A stretch of 64,000 nt of DNA from Epithemia pelagica (taxonomy: Eukaryota > Protista > Bacillariophyta). Numbering within the stretch: position 1 is the stretch's first letter; the number at the start of each line of letters is the position of its first letter. A program made the position numbers and the translations under genes. Shown piece by piece: positions 10,694 to 23,476 of this stretch. The notes beneath the pieces were generated by a model, which did not search any database, was not told where the DNA came from, and was given only the letters and a program-made list of their open reading frames with translations. The stretch is from NCBI GenBank assembly GCA_946965045.2, contig OX337234.1, positions 1,550,001 to 1,614,000 of the forward strand, in the 5' to 3' direction.

Positions 10694-12862
10694 ATGAATG
10701 TTGTTCTGAATGCAATGGCCATCCTTGCGTTGGGAGCATGGTCAGGGCGTGCTTTCAGTACATCTCGTTCTGCCTGTCGCCATCGGCTTGGTACCCGAAC
10801 TCCACGCGATGTCACTAATGGTCTGAAAATGGCCGATAGTGGAGAAAGTGTAGAAGGTGGCCCTATTCTCAACAAATGGTCCAGGTAGGTCCCGGTGACA
10901 CACACACAAGAAATTGTTGCTCATACGCTGGGAATGAATTCCTCAGTTGCATTTGTCCTTGTTCAATCCATCCAGAATTTTGACTCAAACCAAGGTGCAA
11001 GGTGCCTCCCAGGCCATGCTGTACGCCACTGGCCTTAAAGAAGAGGACATGAACAAACCTCAGGTTGGTGTTTGTAGTGTGTGGTACGAAGGCAATCCTT
11101 GTAACATGCATCTGTTGGATCTTTCCGAAAAGGTCAAAGAGGGCGTTGTCGCTTCTGGATGTGTTGGTTATCGTTTCAACACTGTCGGTGTGTCGGATGG
11201 AATTAGTATGGGAACATCCGGTATGCGTTTCTCCTTGCAATCTAGAGATTTGATTGCGGATTCGATCGAAACAACCATGGGAGGACAGTGGTACGATGGA
11301 CTCATTGCACTTCCTGGGTGTGACAAAAACATGCCCGGTTGTATCATGGCCATGGGACGTTTGAACCGACCGTCTATCATGGTCTATGGTGGTACCATTC
11401 GTGCCGGTAAACAGCCTTCCAACGGTGCTCCTCTGGACATTGTTAGTGCCTTCCAGTCCTATGGACAATATGTCTATGAGAAAATTACCGAAGAAGAACG
11501 CAAAGAAATCGTTCGACATGCCTGTCCAGGACAAGGTGCCTGTGGCGGAATGTATACAGCCAACACTATGGCGACTGCTATCGAAGCACTTGGTATGTGT
11601 GCCGTAGGGTCCTTTTTAGCAGGACACGTCGGGTCGTGTTATGATTCTAACCATTCTTTGCTTTTTTCGCAGGAATGTCGCTGCCATACTCGTCGTCGTC
11701 TCCTGCTGATTCCAAGGAAAAGGCGGATGAATGCAGACAAGCAGGAAGCGCAATGCACACATTGCTCGAAATGGACTTGAAACCACGTGATATCATGACA
11801 AAGGCGGCCTTTGAGAATGCTATCAGAATGGTAATGGTCACGGGTGGTTCCACCAATGCTGTTTTGCATCTCATCGCCATGAGCCGGTCATGTCAAAATC
11901 CGGATGTAGCCATTACATTGGAAGACTTTCAGCGCATTTCGGATGTGACACCATTTCTCGCTGACTTGAAACCCTCTGGAAAATACGTCATGGAGGATGT
12001 TCAGAACATTGGTGGAACTCCAGGACTTATCAAGTTTATGATCGACAATGGCATGTTTGATGGAGACCAAATGACTGTCACGGGGAAAACACATAGCCAG
12101 AACTTGGCGGATATGAATCATCCTGGCTTAACTCCGGGACAGGAAATCATTCGCCCTCTCTCCGATCCTGTCAAACAGACTGGTCATTTGCTCATGATGT
12201 ATGGAAATCTGTGTCCCGGAGGAGGTGTGGCCAAGATCACTGGTAAAGAGGGTGAAACATTCACCGGCACGGCTCGTGTGTACGATAATGAGCAAGCCAT
12301 GATGCGTGGATTGGAAAACAAAGAAATTATTCCCGGAGACGTTGTGATTATTCGCTACGAAGGACCAAAAGGTGGACCAGGTCTTCCAGAAATGTTGACT
12401 CCAACCTCTGCAATCATGGGAGCTGGATTGGGTGACAAGGTTGCCCTTCTTACTGATGGCCGTTTCAGTGGTGGTAGTCATGGATTCTGCATCGGTCATA
12501 TCACCCCGGAGGCACAAGTGGGAGGACCCATTGCATTGGTGAAAAATGGAGATCCGATCCGAATAGATGCACGCCCTGGAACTCGCACAATTGATTTACT
12601 CATCTCCGACGAGGAATGGGACAAACGACGGAACGAATGGAAAGCACCTCCCTTCAGATCCACTCAGGGGACTCTTTTCAAGTACATCCAGTGTGTGGCA
12701 ACCGCAAGTGAAGGTTGTGTGACCGATGAGATTTTGGACATGACAACAACTGCATCTGGCCAGCACCCTGTTGTTTCAGCGAGCCCAAAGACACCAGCTG
12801 TGGCCGAACTAGAAGCGAAGATTGCTGAACTGGAAGCAAAAGTGGGAGCCACAACTGCATAG
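10694..12862 (+). CDS. ilvD: Dihydroxy-acid dehydratase (IlvD/Ilv3), 665 aa; join(10694..10884,10976..11592,11673..12862)
   Basis: Motifs [38 protein letters not shown] and [11 protein letters not shown]. Two GT-AG introns restore the frame. N-terminal signal peptide ends in GRA-F. Confidence 0.95.
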
Positions 12863-12967
12863 TTTGATGATGTGTCTAGTGAATAAAACCAGTTAACCCT
12901 TTAAGTAGTTAAAACACCCCCTATCATTTCTAAATGAGACAAACGATGAATGAGTTCATAACTTGTT

Positions 12968-15649
12968 TCACTTCTTGCTGGATGATGCTGCTTCCAAAGG
13001 ATGAACTTTCGGAGGACTAAGAACTTGGACAACCGATGGTTCGGTGGAGAAACCACGAGAAGATACGAGTGTACTTGGAACGTGAGCTGACAGCTGAAGC
13101 TCTTCACCGTAACGTGTACGCGGCGGTGGCAACGGCGATTGCATCTGTTTGTCAAATTCTTCCTCTTCGTATTGCCAGCTCTCACCGTGATTAGGAGGAA
13201 CCAGCAAGGATGGGGCCGCAGTCAACGGAACCGTTGTTTCCGCTCCTCCCCCCAAAGCAGAAAGGCTACTAAAACTATTTTCAAATGAGGTATCAATGCT
13301 TGCAAAGGATTCATTCAAACTTTGCTGGATTGCCAACTCCAACATCTCACGTTCCTGTTCGATTTCGGCCAAACGCGTTGCCGTTTCAGGATCCGTGTCA
13401 TGGCTGTCGTCGCGGCCAACGTAGTCTTGAAAGCTTTGACTTCGTTGGGGCAGCGAGCGAGACGAAGGATCGTAGTCGCTCGTTCTTCTCGAATCAATTT
13501 GAGGAGGCTGTGGTGATTGAAAAGATGAAGGGGATCTTGCAGCGAGAACATGTTCGTACTGGATGGGTGGTGGTGGCGGCGGTGGTGGTGGGACTTGTTC
13601 CACTGGTGCCAAGGTGCTTGATTCGGCCAAACTACGCTCCATTGCGATCTTCAGCATCTTTTCTTCCAACTGCAAGGACTCCTCTGGTGACAAGCCATCT
13701 GCTCTTGGGGTATTGGCACTCGATATACCGCCCATGTATGCCCCCGCACCATGACGCTCGATTCCACCGTACGGTGTGTGGCTCGATCGACCATCCCGGG
13801 GAGGATAATCATCCTGAGAGTCATGGTAGTGGAAGCTGGCCCCGGGACGTTGTTCTGTCATGGCGTTCGGGTACTGTGAATGGCCATTGGCTGAAAAGCC
13901 CATTTCTTCCTCTCTCTCTACTAGAGCTTGAAAGCTACGCTGCATCTGGCGAGGAGCATGACGATTGGGTGAAGCAGCTCGTGCCATACTGGAAGGACGA
14001 AACGTCTGGCGCGGAACATTGCCAAAATCAGACTCCATTTGTCTACTACGGTGAGGCAAATGAGGACTCCCATCATGGGCGTAGTTGGACGAGCGTGATC
14101 CTTGCCGGGGAGAGCTCCGGGGCGCTACGTGGTCTCGTCGAGCAACAGCTTGGTGGCGAACGTGAGTTTCATGGAACGTGACACTCGGCCGAGACTTGTT
14201 TCGGTGGGCCATCTCGTTGGTTTCTCCATAGTTGACCGGAAGAGCATTCATGTTTCTGCCATCGTACCGAGCCGGTCTTTGACTTGAACTTGAGTTTCCG
14301 ATGTATTCACCACTGTGACGAGACGAACTGGGTTTTCTTCCACGACTTGTGAAGGAGGATGAGCGATTCGGAGGCGTGAAGGAATATCCGGATGCAGGTG
14401 GAGGAGCCTGACGAAGATGGCTCTCCATTTGGTGGTGAAGATGGCCATTTGCAGACCGAGACATCTCCACTAGGTCCGCACCAATGTTGGATACATCTGT
14501 GACAACGATTGAGCGTGAAGATAGCTGTGGTGACCTCAAGCCTCCGTTTCGCGCAGACGCATCGAACCCAACTCTGCGGCGATGCGCAAGGGTGGACTGT
14601 GATGAGATCATTTCCGCCATGACATGAGAGTGCTGATGGCGAGGACTCGGCCGAACAAGATTTGGATTCGTTGAGCTGGAACCAGACGGACGAAATTTGC
14701 TCATTCTTCTTTGCCGATCTTCTGAGCTTGTTAGTCCATCTGCTTTGCTCATTGCGGAAATGTTTCGACTTTCTCTGTGTTGCGACTGTGCATGGATCGC
14801 GGGTGGAGATGCCCTGCTACTCGACATCAATCCAGAGGTAGGCTGCCCCCTCGAATCCGTCCTTGATGGAGGTGAGGGAGTGACACGACGAACTGGACTC
14901 CTTGGGGGAGATGAGTCTGAGTTCAGTTCACTGGATGGACTTCTACTATCAACAGGGTTACTCGCTGAAACATCAATTGAACTTGCGTCATCAGCAACCA
15001 GTGATTCCAATTCATCTTCGCCTGAAAGAAAGTTCTCTTGACTGCTGTAAGCAGTAGAGGAAGCCATGGTGCAAGACGTGAAGCTCTCGTAGTGTTTTGG
15101 CTCTTGTTCGAGGGTTTTCACTATATCCGATGAAATAGACTGATCTACGCGAGTGCTTTCATCATCGTCCTCGTCACATGCAAGCTGGTCGTTCTGCCTT
15201 AATGCCAGGAAACCACTACATTGACTCCGGTCATCGTCGAAGGAGTTGCATGAGCTTCTAAGTCGAGTGGAGTAGGTACCTATTGTGCGTTGTTTGCCAT
15301 CTGTGGAGAGGGAAATTGTGAATTCTGGATTCGAGCTCGAAGCGGTCATGATATCTTCCATGGTATACGGTGCGTCAAACTCTTCTGTCGCTTGATCTTC
15401 ATCGTGTCGCTGATCACGTATTTCATTTTGCTGTCCCCTGTGTGAATTGGATCGACTGCCCGTAGATGAAGCAAGTTTCTTTTGTTTGCGGAACGAGGCA
15501 TAGCTCTCATTGCATCCAGTGGAACTCGCAACCGATGAATCATCCAAGCTCATTTGCTTCACCATCGTTTTCGCCCGGGTCCTTCCCATCCACCTTCTTC
15601 CCATGAGTGCTCTCATGCGGCTACTTCGTGGTTGTTCAGGGTCTGCCAT
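12968..15649 (-). CDS. Intrinsically disordered Ser/Arg/Pro-rich protein with two UIM-like motifs
   Basis: Long open frame with first ATG at 15649 (MADPEQPRSS). UIM-like EEKMLKIAMERSL and EREMLELAIQQSL; poly-Pro tract. Confidence 0.7.
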   Translation of the reverse strand: MADPEQPRSSRMRALMGRRWMGRTRAKTMVKQMSLDDSSVASSTGCNESYASFRKQKKLASSTGSRSNSHRGQQNEIRDQRHDEDQATEEFDAPYTMEDIMTASSSNPEFTISLSTDGKQRTIGTYSTRLRSSCNSFDDDRSQCSGFLALRQNDQLACDEDDDESTRVDQSISSDIVKTLEQEPKHYESFTSCTMASSTAYSSQENFLSGEDELESLVADDASSIDVSASNPVDSRSPSSELNSDSSPPRSPVRRVTPSPPSRTDSRGQPTSGLMSSSRASPPAIHAQSQHRESRNISAMSKADGLTSSEDRQRRMSKFRPSGSSSTNPNLVRPSPRHQHSHVMAEMISSQSTLAHRRRVGFDASARNGGLRSPQLSSRSIVVTDVSNIGADLVEMSRSANGHLHHQMESHLRQAPPPASGYSFTPPNRSSSFTSRGRKPSSSRHSGEYIGNSSSSQRPARYDGRNMNALPVNYGETNEMAHRNKSRPSVTFHETHVRHQAVARRDHVAPRSSPRQGSRSSNYAHDGSPHLPHRSRQMESDFGNVPRQTFRPSSMARAASPNRHAPRQMQRSFQALVEREEEMGFSANGHSQYPNAMTEQRPGASFHYHDSQDDYPPRDGRSSHTPYGGIERHGAGAYMGGISSANTPRADGLSPEESLQLEEKMLKIAMERSLAESSTLAPVEQVPPPPPPPPPIQYEHVLAARSPSSFQSPQPPQIDSRRTSDYDPSSRSLPQRSQSFQDYVGRDDSHDTDPETATRLAEIEQEREMLELAIQQSLNESFASIDTSFENSFSSLSALGGGAETTVPLTAAPSLLVPPNHGESWQYEEEEFDKQMQSPLPPPRTRYGEELQLSAHVPSTLVSSRGFSTEPSVVQVLSPPKVHPLEAASSSKK

Positions 15650-16893
15650 TGTTCGTTTGTCACCAATGATGATGAGATGGACCGTTCTTCCTCGACTCTC
15701 CTTTTTTGCTTTGAGAACGAGACAAAGGCCAACAAAGCACAAACGGTGCGCAGAAGGGCGTAACACTTGGTGGGGCCCAACCAGAAACAATCGAATTATT
15801 AAAATAGTGTACAGATAACAAGAACTATATCACGGCATCTCGACGTTGTGGGGCCACGAGGGTCTTGCGTCTTGCTGTTCTTTCTGATTCGCCACACATT
15901 TCAAAACACAAACACAAAACATGACGGATTTTTCATTTTTCATCAGTTGTTTTTGACAAAGAGCCACACAACATTACTCGGGAATTTCATGATTCTTCCA
16001 TCAGAATTTTGAAACCCGAAAATAAGTTCGGTTTTTGTTTTTGTGCTTGATGCTATCGATGGAGATTGGTAATCGTAGTTTTCAGTCTTGTCCAGGAGCT
16101 AAAAGAAAGACAAACTTCTTCTTTCTTCTCACAAACTTTTGACACGTACAATCCACAAATAATACAACAGACAACAGAGACGAAACAGAGCACAAAAACA
16201 CTCCTCCTAACATCTCTCTCTCTCTGGAGAAGATCGAGTGCGCACATCCTTGCCACATGATCTACTGGGATTGACACTTGTTCCATATCCCAGATCTCAT
16301 CGCCACAGCGCTATCGTTTGACAGGAGAAAAAGGCGACAGTGGAACGAAATTGAAAAGGTCCGAAAGGAAAAGGTTCAATGTAGAGGACCCTACTAGCTT
16401 ACTCCAAAGCTCGTCGTTACTCTCTAGAGATGGTACTCCTCTAGAGACATAATTGCGAATGATCAACGAACACATCATAATTTCATAGGTAGACGCTGTA
16501 GCTTGCTTCAGCTAGAGATTTCGAAGAGAACATGCTGTTCCTCTCTTCTTCTCGAAAAAGCATCTGAAATCTCAATGTCAGACCTGGATGATATTACGAG
16601 CTCGAGCTTGTATTGTCAACTATCTCCCGAGGGTCGACTGTCGGTCGAGAATGGAGAATCGAGGTCGTCCGCTTTTCAATGTCCATTATTTGGTCTTGGT
16701 CGTAGCCGAATATGGATGGGCCCAACCAGAACTCTCGAAATTCGGAAGTCCGAACACGACAAACGACACACGACCCTCCCCCAAATGGTTCCGCATCTTC
16801 ACGAAAATGACGCCCCCCAAAAGAAGCCCCCAAATCATTTTTCAGTATTGGGGGTTGTCACCCTGTGATCATAAAATTGACAGCGATCGGACC

Positions 16894-19800
16894 ATGAAAC
16901 GCAATGATTCGTTGGGATTCAAGAAAGGCTTTCTTCTATCAGCAAAAGAGACAAAGAGGAAAGGGAAATTGTCTTTTGACCGCGAGAAAGAGTTGTCGCG
17001 CCAACGTGTAAAGTCTTCCGATGCGCTCCTCGGTGTAGAAAAGATAGATGGCCAAGCGGGAAAGACTGCCTTTCTACTTGACGTTCGACGTGAGAATAGC
17101 GTCAGCAATGACCAACAATCCACCACGGCGTTTGCTTTGGGCAGCCAATCTGAGAGCAGAAAGGATCACGACCAGGATCAGGAAGAAGCGGGCGACAATA
17201 ATCAGGAAGAACCTTTATTAACGCAGGTAAAGTCATCGAAACTGATAACCACGAGTGACAAGAACACAACGAATTACCCAGAGGATGAACCGAGGGTTGA
17301 AAGCCCGCGTATTGGCAGTAGCAAATCTTCTTCCTCCAACCCGATTTTGGGAGACTCATTTAGAGAGCTGCAGTTGAACAACAACTACTCAAGGTTAAAT
17401 CATATCCTTGCCGAAACATTGAGAAAACTACGATCTACCACGAAGACAAAGAGTGCCTCCATCCTACGAAAGTTTGAAGCAAACCTTCAGACTGGCAACG
17501 AAGCATTCATTTGGGGCATTCTTTTGGACTCTGTGGTCACTGAGGCACGGCACGGCTCGGTAGAGCTGCAACTTATCGTGTTTTTTGCTTTCAAACACTT
17601 TTCTTCCCTCTTGACGTTTGTGGTCAAAAGTGAATCAAGTTCGAGTCCGACCACGTCTTCTGCTTCTCCTTCCTCACGAAAGCTGTGTTTAGCGGCACTT
17701 ATGGTTCTGGATCACGTATGCTATCTTATGGATGAATGTCATCTTTTGGATCTTCTACCACAGTTGGTCGAATCTGCAATGCCAAATATTCTTCACAACG
17801 TATTGGAAAGCAATACCAAGCGAACTGTACTTTCACAGCAGGCGTCCGACACCTTTTGCAATCTCTGTCACACATTTGCTTCTTTGCTTCTGAAACATGA
17901 GTCGCAAGAGCAGTGTAACTCGATTTCCTTACAGCACAAGCTCAGACCCTTGGTGGGTGCTTTCATCAAGTGTCATGAAACGTGGCTCGCAGGCGACGCT
18001 CAGAACAACTCTTTCAATCAAGGCATCAAATTCAACCTCATCAACCCACAAGAGTATCGCACTCACTTTCGACTAGCATTGGTGTCTGACTGGAAAAATG
18101 TCTTGGAATCGCTTAATGATGAACAGACTGGTAGACATGAGGCTTCAGCCGTTGACTTTCTCAAGGTTGTTGTCGGTGATCAAAATTACCAAAAGATATC
18201 GAACAACATGGGCAGTTTGCGATCCACCTTTTTATCAAGTCACTTCAAGAAACCAGATGATGTAATCGATTGCTTGAACTCAATGGTTGATACCGAGCAT
18301 CGGCGTCAGTCTGAAGTGTGGAGTGTTAATCGAATACGCCTCCGGGAAGTAGTATCGTGGTTGGTCCAAAAGCCCGCCAAATATCCAAAGGCTCTTCAGA
18401 ACAGTTGCCAAGGAGATTTCGTGGGACTTGTTCTTCATATTTTAAAGAAAACACCGATCGAAAGTCCTACGGCATCCCTATTGTTTTGTCTTCTGTAAGT
18501 TTTCATATCTTCACCGATCTCACGATGACCCAATTTTTCTCACTTGGGAACGATTTTTTAAAATCCAGCGAGGTCAATGTATTCTGGGATGATTCCCAAG
18601 ACAGTTCATGGGCTAAAACTCGATTCATATCCATTGTTGACGTTCTACTCAGCGAAAGTTCAGCTTCGGAAAGCAAGGGCCATGGTGGCATTGAACGACG
18701 GAAAGTTTTGTGTAACCTCGCCTCTAGGTTAGCGGTAGAACAGGGACGATCACTATTGGAGCTTTTACTTCATCGAACAACACTGGATTCACCTGTAGCG
18801 GTGGATATTCTAGCATCGACTGCCTGTTGGACAAATGACTCCGACGTTGCTGATTTCGTTTGCAAACATTTCATTGAAGGCGTATCGCATCTCGGGATTA
18901 TAAGAGAACGAATGATTCAGGATGATGATTTGTTTGGCAGATGCAGTATGCAAGGTGTCGAAAGAATGGTTGACAAACTGGTGGGCCTCGGTACCAAGGA
19001 AGACACTGAAGATGCTCTGTCCTGTCTTACGACAACTTTACGAAGAGTCTTCCGCAGCTCTTCAACGTCCGGGAATGCCAAACAAATCACTCGAATCCTT
19101 TTGGATCAGATGTCAAGAGTTGAGAAACGACCTGGGATCGAGCCTATCGTGGCCAATCTTTGTCAGCGGTGGCGGCAAGACCTCCTGCACGAAGAAGGCT
19201 ACGCAGATTCACATTACGCAGATGTCGCTGTCGCTTTAATTCAAGAAATGATGAATGCGCCCTCTAAAGTCGAACCTCTAATGGCATTTGGTTGGATGGC
19301 CCAAGAGGAAAACGGCGTTGAAAGTCCCTTCTCTCCCGCTCAAGAACGGCGAATTTCAGTGTTCGTCGCAAGGGCTGCAGAGGCTTGCACAACAGACTTT
19401 GAATTACTCAAAAAGACCAAGTCGTTACAGCATCCTGATATATTTGAACGCTTATGTCCTCTTTTAATTTTGAGAAGGATACCATCACAGTACTATCAGA
19501 TTGCCCGAACGTCAAGGGTAGTCCAAGAACCATCGCAGTTGAACTTTGCGAGCATCTCTGTGTCGCTGTCGATTCATTTGGTGGATCGACTACGACCTTG
19601 TGATGACGAGATTGTACAAGTTTCTCCCGAAGAGAGAAAGCTTGCTGCTGAAGTTATTGCAAGATTGTTACCATTGGTATCAAGGGAGGGAATAGATGAC
19701 GAAGGCTCACTCTATGCCTCAATTTGCTACCCTTATCTTGTCAAACTTTCTGAACACCCTAAACAGTTGTGTGATGTCAGAAATGTACCTCTTTGGCGCT

Positions 19801-20621
19801 CGGTGAGGGTGTCATTGTTTGTTGCATGCAGCTCTATGGTTGAATCAAAAAACGTCGAAGAGACAGGTGTTGTTCTGTCGATGGTTGTGGCTTGCCTCAA
19901 GCTAATAGAGATCGATGCTGAATCGTTCAATGATGAATCGTTACTTGAGGAAGCGGAAAAGCTGCACGCTGGGTGCTGTGACTTTTTCGCAATGTGCTTC
20001 ATCAAGCTTTTCGCTGAGAAACAATTGGTGGATAGTGCTCTGGAGCAAAGCAGTCAGGGTAACTACACGAAGAAAGCTTGCTATCACCTTCTCGGTGCAC
20101 TGAGAGAAGCGACTGATCGAGGAGCAGCAATTCCACGTTGTATTTGGAACTCTATAGTTCTCGCAGCAACGAGGATCGAGGAAGGCAAAACTTTCAACCT
20201 GAGCCATTTCATCTTGCCTTGGATGTTTCGGTGGAAAACGGAAGCTTCTCAGAGCGAAAAGAGATGGCATGACTTCGACACATGGGCCTCGATGAAGCTT
20301 ATCTTCACTCTGATTACTCGACAGAAGTCGTCTGGACTCTTTCCACACACAGATCCTAAGATATCATTTGAAATCATTGTTAGTTGGACATTGGATGTCG
20401 TACGAAACCGAAAAGGGGAGGGAGCACTGGCGGTTAAGGCACGGACGGAGGCTTTCAAAGTACTTCTCGTCCTCATTGGTTTTGGACCAGAGTTGTCTTC
20501 ATCCGGAAGATGGCAGAGTTTGATGGCGGATCTTCGAGATATTCATATGTCAGAGCTTGATGCGGAATTTGTTGCCAAAATAAATTCAACAATTTCAATG
20601 GTTGAGAGAAGTCAAGCGTGA
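16894..20621 (+). CDS. Large helical (ARM/HEAT-like) protein of unknown function, ~1217 aa; join(16894..18494,18569..20621)
   Basis: Two long overlapping ORFs are joined in frame by a 74-bp phase-2 intron (ct|gtaagt...atccag|c). Leu-rich amphipathic composition. Start codon inferred. Confidence 0.7.
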
Positions 20622-21648
20622 GACCCAACTTGCGTTCCGAAACATCAACTTCGTTGTCATTTCTACCGACATATGAAGATTCGAGGAGGAGATATTGCTT
20701 CATAGAGAGATCGATGATGAGAGGGAAAGTTCGAAATACTGGCACATAAATCAGAAACCAGTCTAGCAAGGCCGATGGACTCTCGTCAATCTTCTACCGT
20801 ATGCCGATACAACCTTATTCCCAACCTCGCTTGGCAGACTCGTAAGTGCTGTGCTTGGAGACAAACACGGCTTGCTTATTATTGTTTACCTTTCAATAAT
20901 GGCCACATTAGGTAGAATCAATTCATCGGGATAGTAGGACGAGGCATCGTCATCGAGGGATAGACCTAGGTAGCCAAGTAAACACAAACGATAAGCGATC
21001 GAAGAGCGACTTACCACATATTTCTCGTAGTTGTTTAAGGTCGTGGTGGAAGGTGGGAAAATCGCAAATCCATCGAGCAGGGGGGGGGGCGGGGTACTGT
21101 AGAAAAAAGAGAGTTTGCGGGATTTGGAGCAACTACCCTTGAACTGCCGCCACATTCATTGCATGCGTAACGGTTTTTAAGAAAATAAAATTGAATTTCT
21201 CAAGCTAAAATTTTCGAAGAACAAAAGAAGGGGGGGGCCGGTCCAACCGCAACAAACTCTAGAGGAATATCGGCCAAAAACAATAGGAGCACTTGAGCAC
21301 CAATTTCGCTCACTCACACGCTCCAAAAAGACCAAAATCCCATGCAGGCGCACCTCTGCACAGGCCCGCGCACCATTTTCCTCCCTATTCCAAAAACCCT
21401 CTCACCGAAACCCAGACACACAGGACTTATTTTATTGATCAATAAATTCACAGAAATGTCACACTGTTACCACAATTCTGTTCTGGCATAGCACCATTTC
21501 TTCCAACTCGGATGCAAACGAATGATCGACTCGGAGCGTACCAACAACCAAAGCCAATGGTATAAAGCCGTCCATGGAACAACAATCCACCAACTAGAGG
21601 CACCACAAAGCTCTACATTTGAATCGCTGGGAACATCAAACATGCACC

Positions 21649-23427
21649 ATGCCGACAACCGATTCTTACCGCCCATTATATATCCCCAACATGGAGGATT
21701 CTTTTCGTCTCGATACTTTTGCTCATATTGTCTTACCGACGCAAGACAAATTTACTACTACCATCGCACGCATTGAACGGAACGACGAAGGGGCTCCATC
21801 GCTTTCTTTATTCTTTCCTCTTTTTCCGAAAAAGAAACTGGCATGTCACCCCGACATACCCGACCATGACATCACGCCGATCACCCGTGGAGCTGGGGCA
21901 AAGTGCATCGAGTTATATAAAGCTTCTGTTTCCATCCACGGAAGCCACCCCATCACCATCAAGACCGAAATTCTCTACCCAGCCTTCGTCACCAATCAAG
22001 ACGACCTGGCCGATCCTAAGAACGCATGGGCCGAAGGAATGCGAAACGTCTACGTTGTCCGTTTCCGCCAGAAAAAAATTCATGGCGTGGTTCGTCTTGT
22101 TCCCATTCGAAACGAAGAAGTGCGTTGCTTTCCAACAGATTGGATCAAGCGCGCCCCTGACGACCTGATCATTTGTCCCAGATGCTTGCACAAAAGCATT
22201 TGGACTGGCCTATTCCAACTGCGCAAGGCCATAGTCAAAATTCTCAATCGTCGAAGTGGTGCAATCGAAAATCGACAGACACAGTCGCTGTCCATAGGTA
22301 CAATTCCACTGGAGGTATTTAATTACATCCACGTGGTTGCAAACTCGACTGTGCATTCACTCACCTGTCACTCTATTCGCTCCACAGAGTCGTACCTGAC
22401 AATGGACAGCAACTTGACCCGTCACAAACTTAAGTTCAAGTTCAAAAGTGGGTTTATGCGCTTCATTTCATGCAATGACCTGAACTTACTACGTCAATTT
22501 CTTGGGATCGCTGCAGTCTATGGATCCACAGAAGCCCGACCGACTTTAACAGAGGGCGACAGTGCTCAACAGTTGAAAAGAGGACACACTCTCACCGTTG
22601 TACGAGGACAAGAAGAGTCGGAATCACCCCAAGAATTCAAGCGCCGGAGCAAACAACAGCGCATTGACTTCATTTTTTCTCCACATCAGGTGCGTGTGAC
22701 AGTTGCATTTGAGAAATATCATTATGACACACTCCGCTCTAATGGTAGTCTCAAACACGCCGCTCCAACGCCTCATCTACAGGGCATTCTTACCGGAACG
22801 GGCTACAAAGACCCGCCTGACACTGTCCTGTATGTGGATCATCAAGGACAAACTTTCGCCGAAGAAGAGGACGAAGAAAACAGCAATGATGACCTTCTGA
22901 TCACCTCCGATCTCTCCGAAGACAACAGCACCCCAGTCAAGGCGTCACCCGTACAACCAAGCCCTGTCAATCGTTCGAACAACACTCAGGACAAGAATTG
23001 GCTAGAGAAAAACACCATTCTCTAATCGAGAGAAGATCGCCTCGAGTTGATGTCAATCGACTCACGAGTCAAAGCTACAGTCAACGATCGTAGTGTTTAT
23101 GTTGGCGACCGATACATGGCAGAGGAATCAGTCGTCGAAGTTGTCTCTATCATTAGGGGATCAACATCGCCTCGCTATCTCCTCTGTCACAGGGTTTCTT
23201 GCAACCTGTTCACTACCATCTACGATCCGAAGGAGTACTTGACAGAAGAGGATGAGAAATATTACATAGACATGGAAATCTTCCTTCCTCCTTCTAAACT
23301 GCCTGCCTATGTCTGCCGCCCAGTGGCTGGACCATTGTTCAAGAAGGACCAGGACGATCTGCATCAGATCACCTTTGTCTGTCCACACTCTCAGCGAATC
23401 CTCAATGACATTGACAACTACAAGTGA
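21649..23427 (+). pseudogene. Unknown ORF (~590 codons) with one in-frame TAA at 23023-23025; probable second gene of the RAG1-like element
   Basis: ORFs 21619..23025 and 23047..23427 are in the same frame, separated by a single stop codon. Ends 49 bp from the stop of the transposase gene. Confidence 0.55.
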
Positions 23428-23476
23428 GAAGAAACCAGTAGTACCTTAATCTTATATATATAATCAACCAACACTA

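Noticed and set aside
15650-15790. Longer starts given by the ORF track (also 10679, 16588, 27339, 56413)
   Set aside because: These begin at TTG/GTG or lack support; the first plausible ATG was used instead.
21649-23427. RAG2-like identity for the convergent partner ORF
   Set aside because: No kelch-type GG repeats or PHD Cys/His pattern is visible; only the orientation resembles RAG2.
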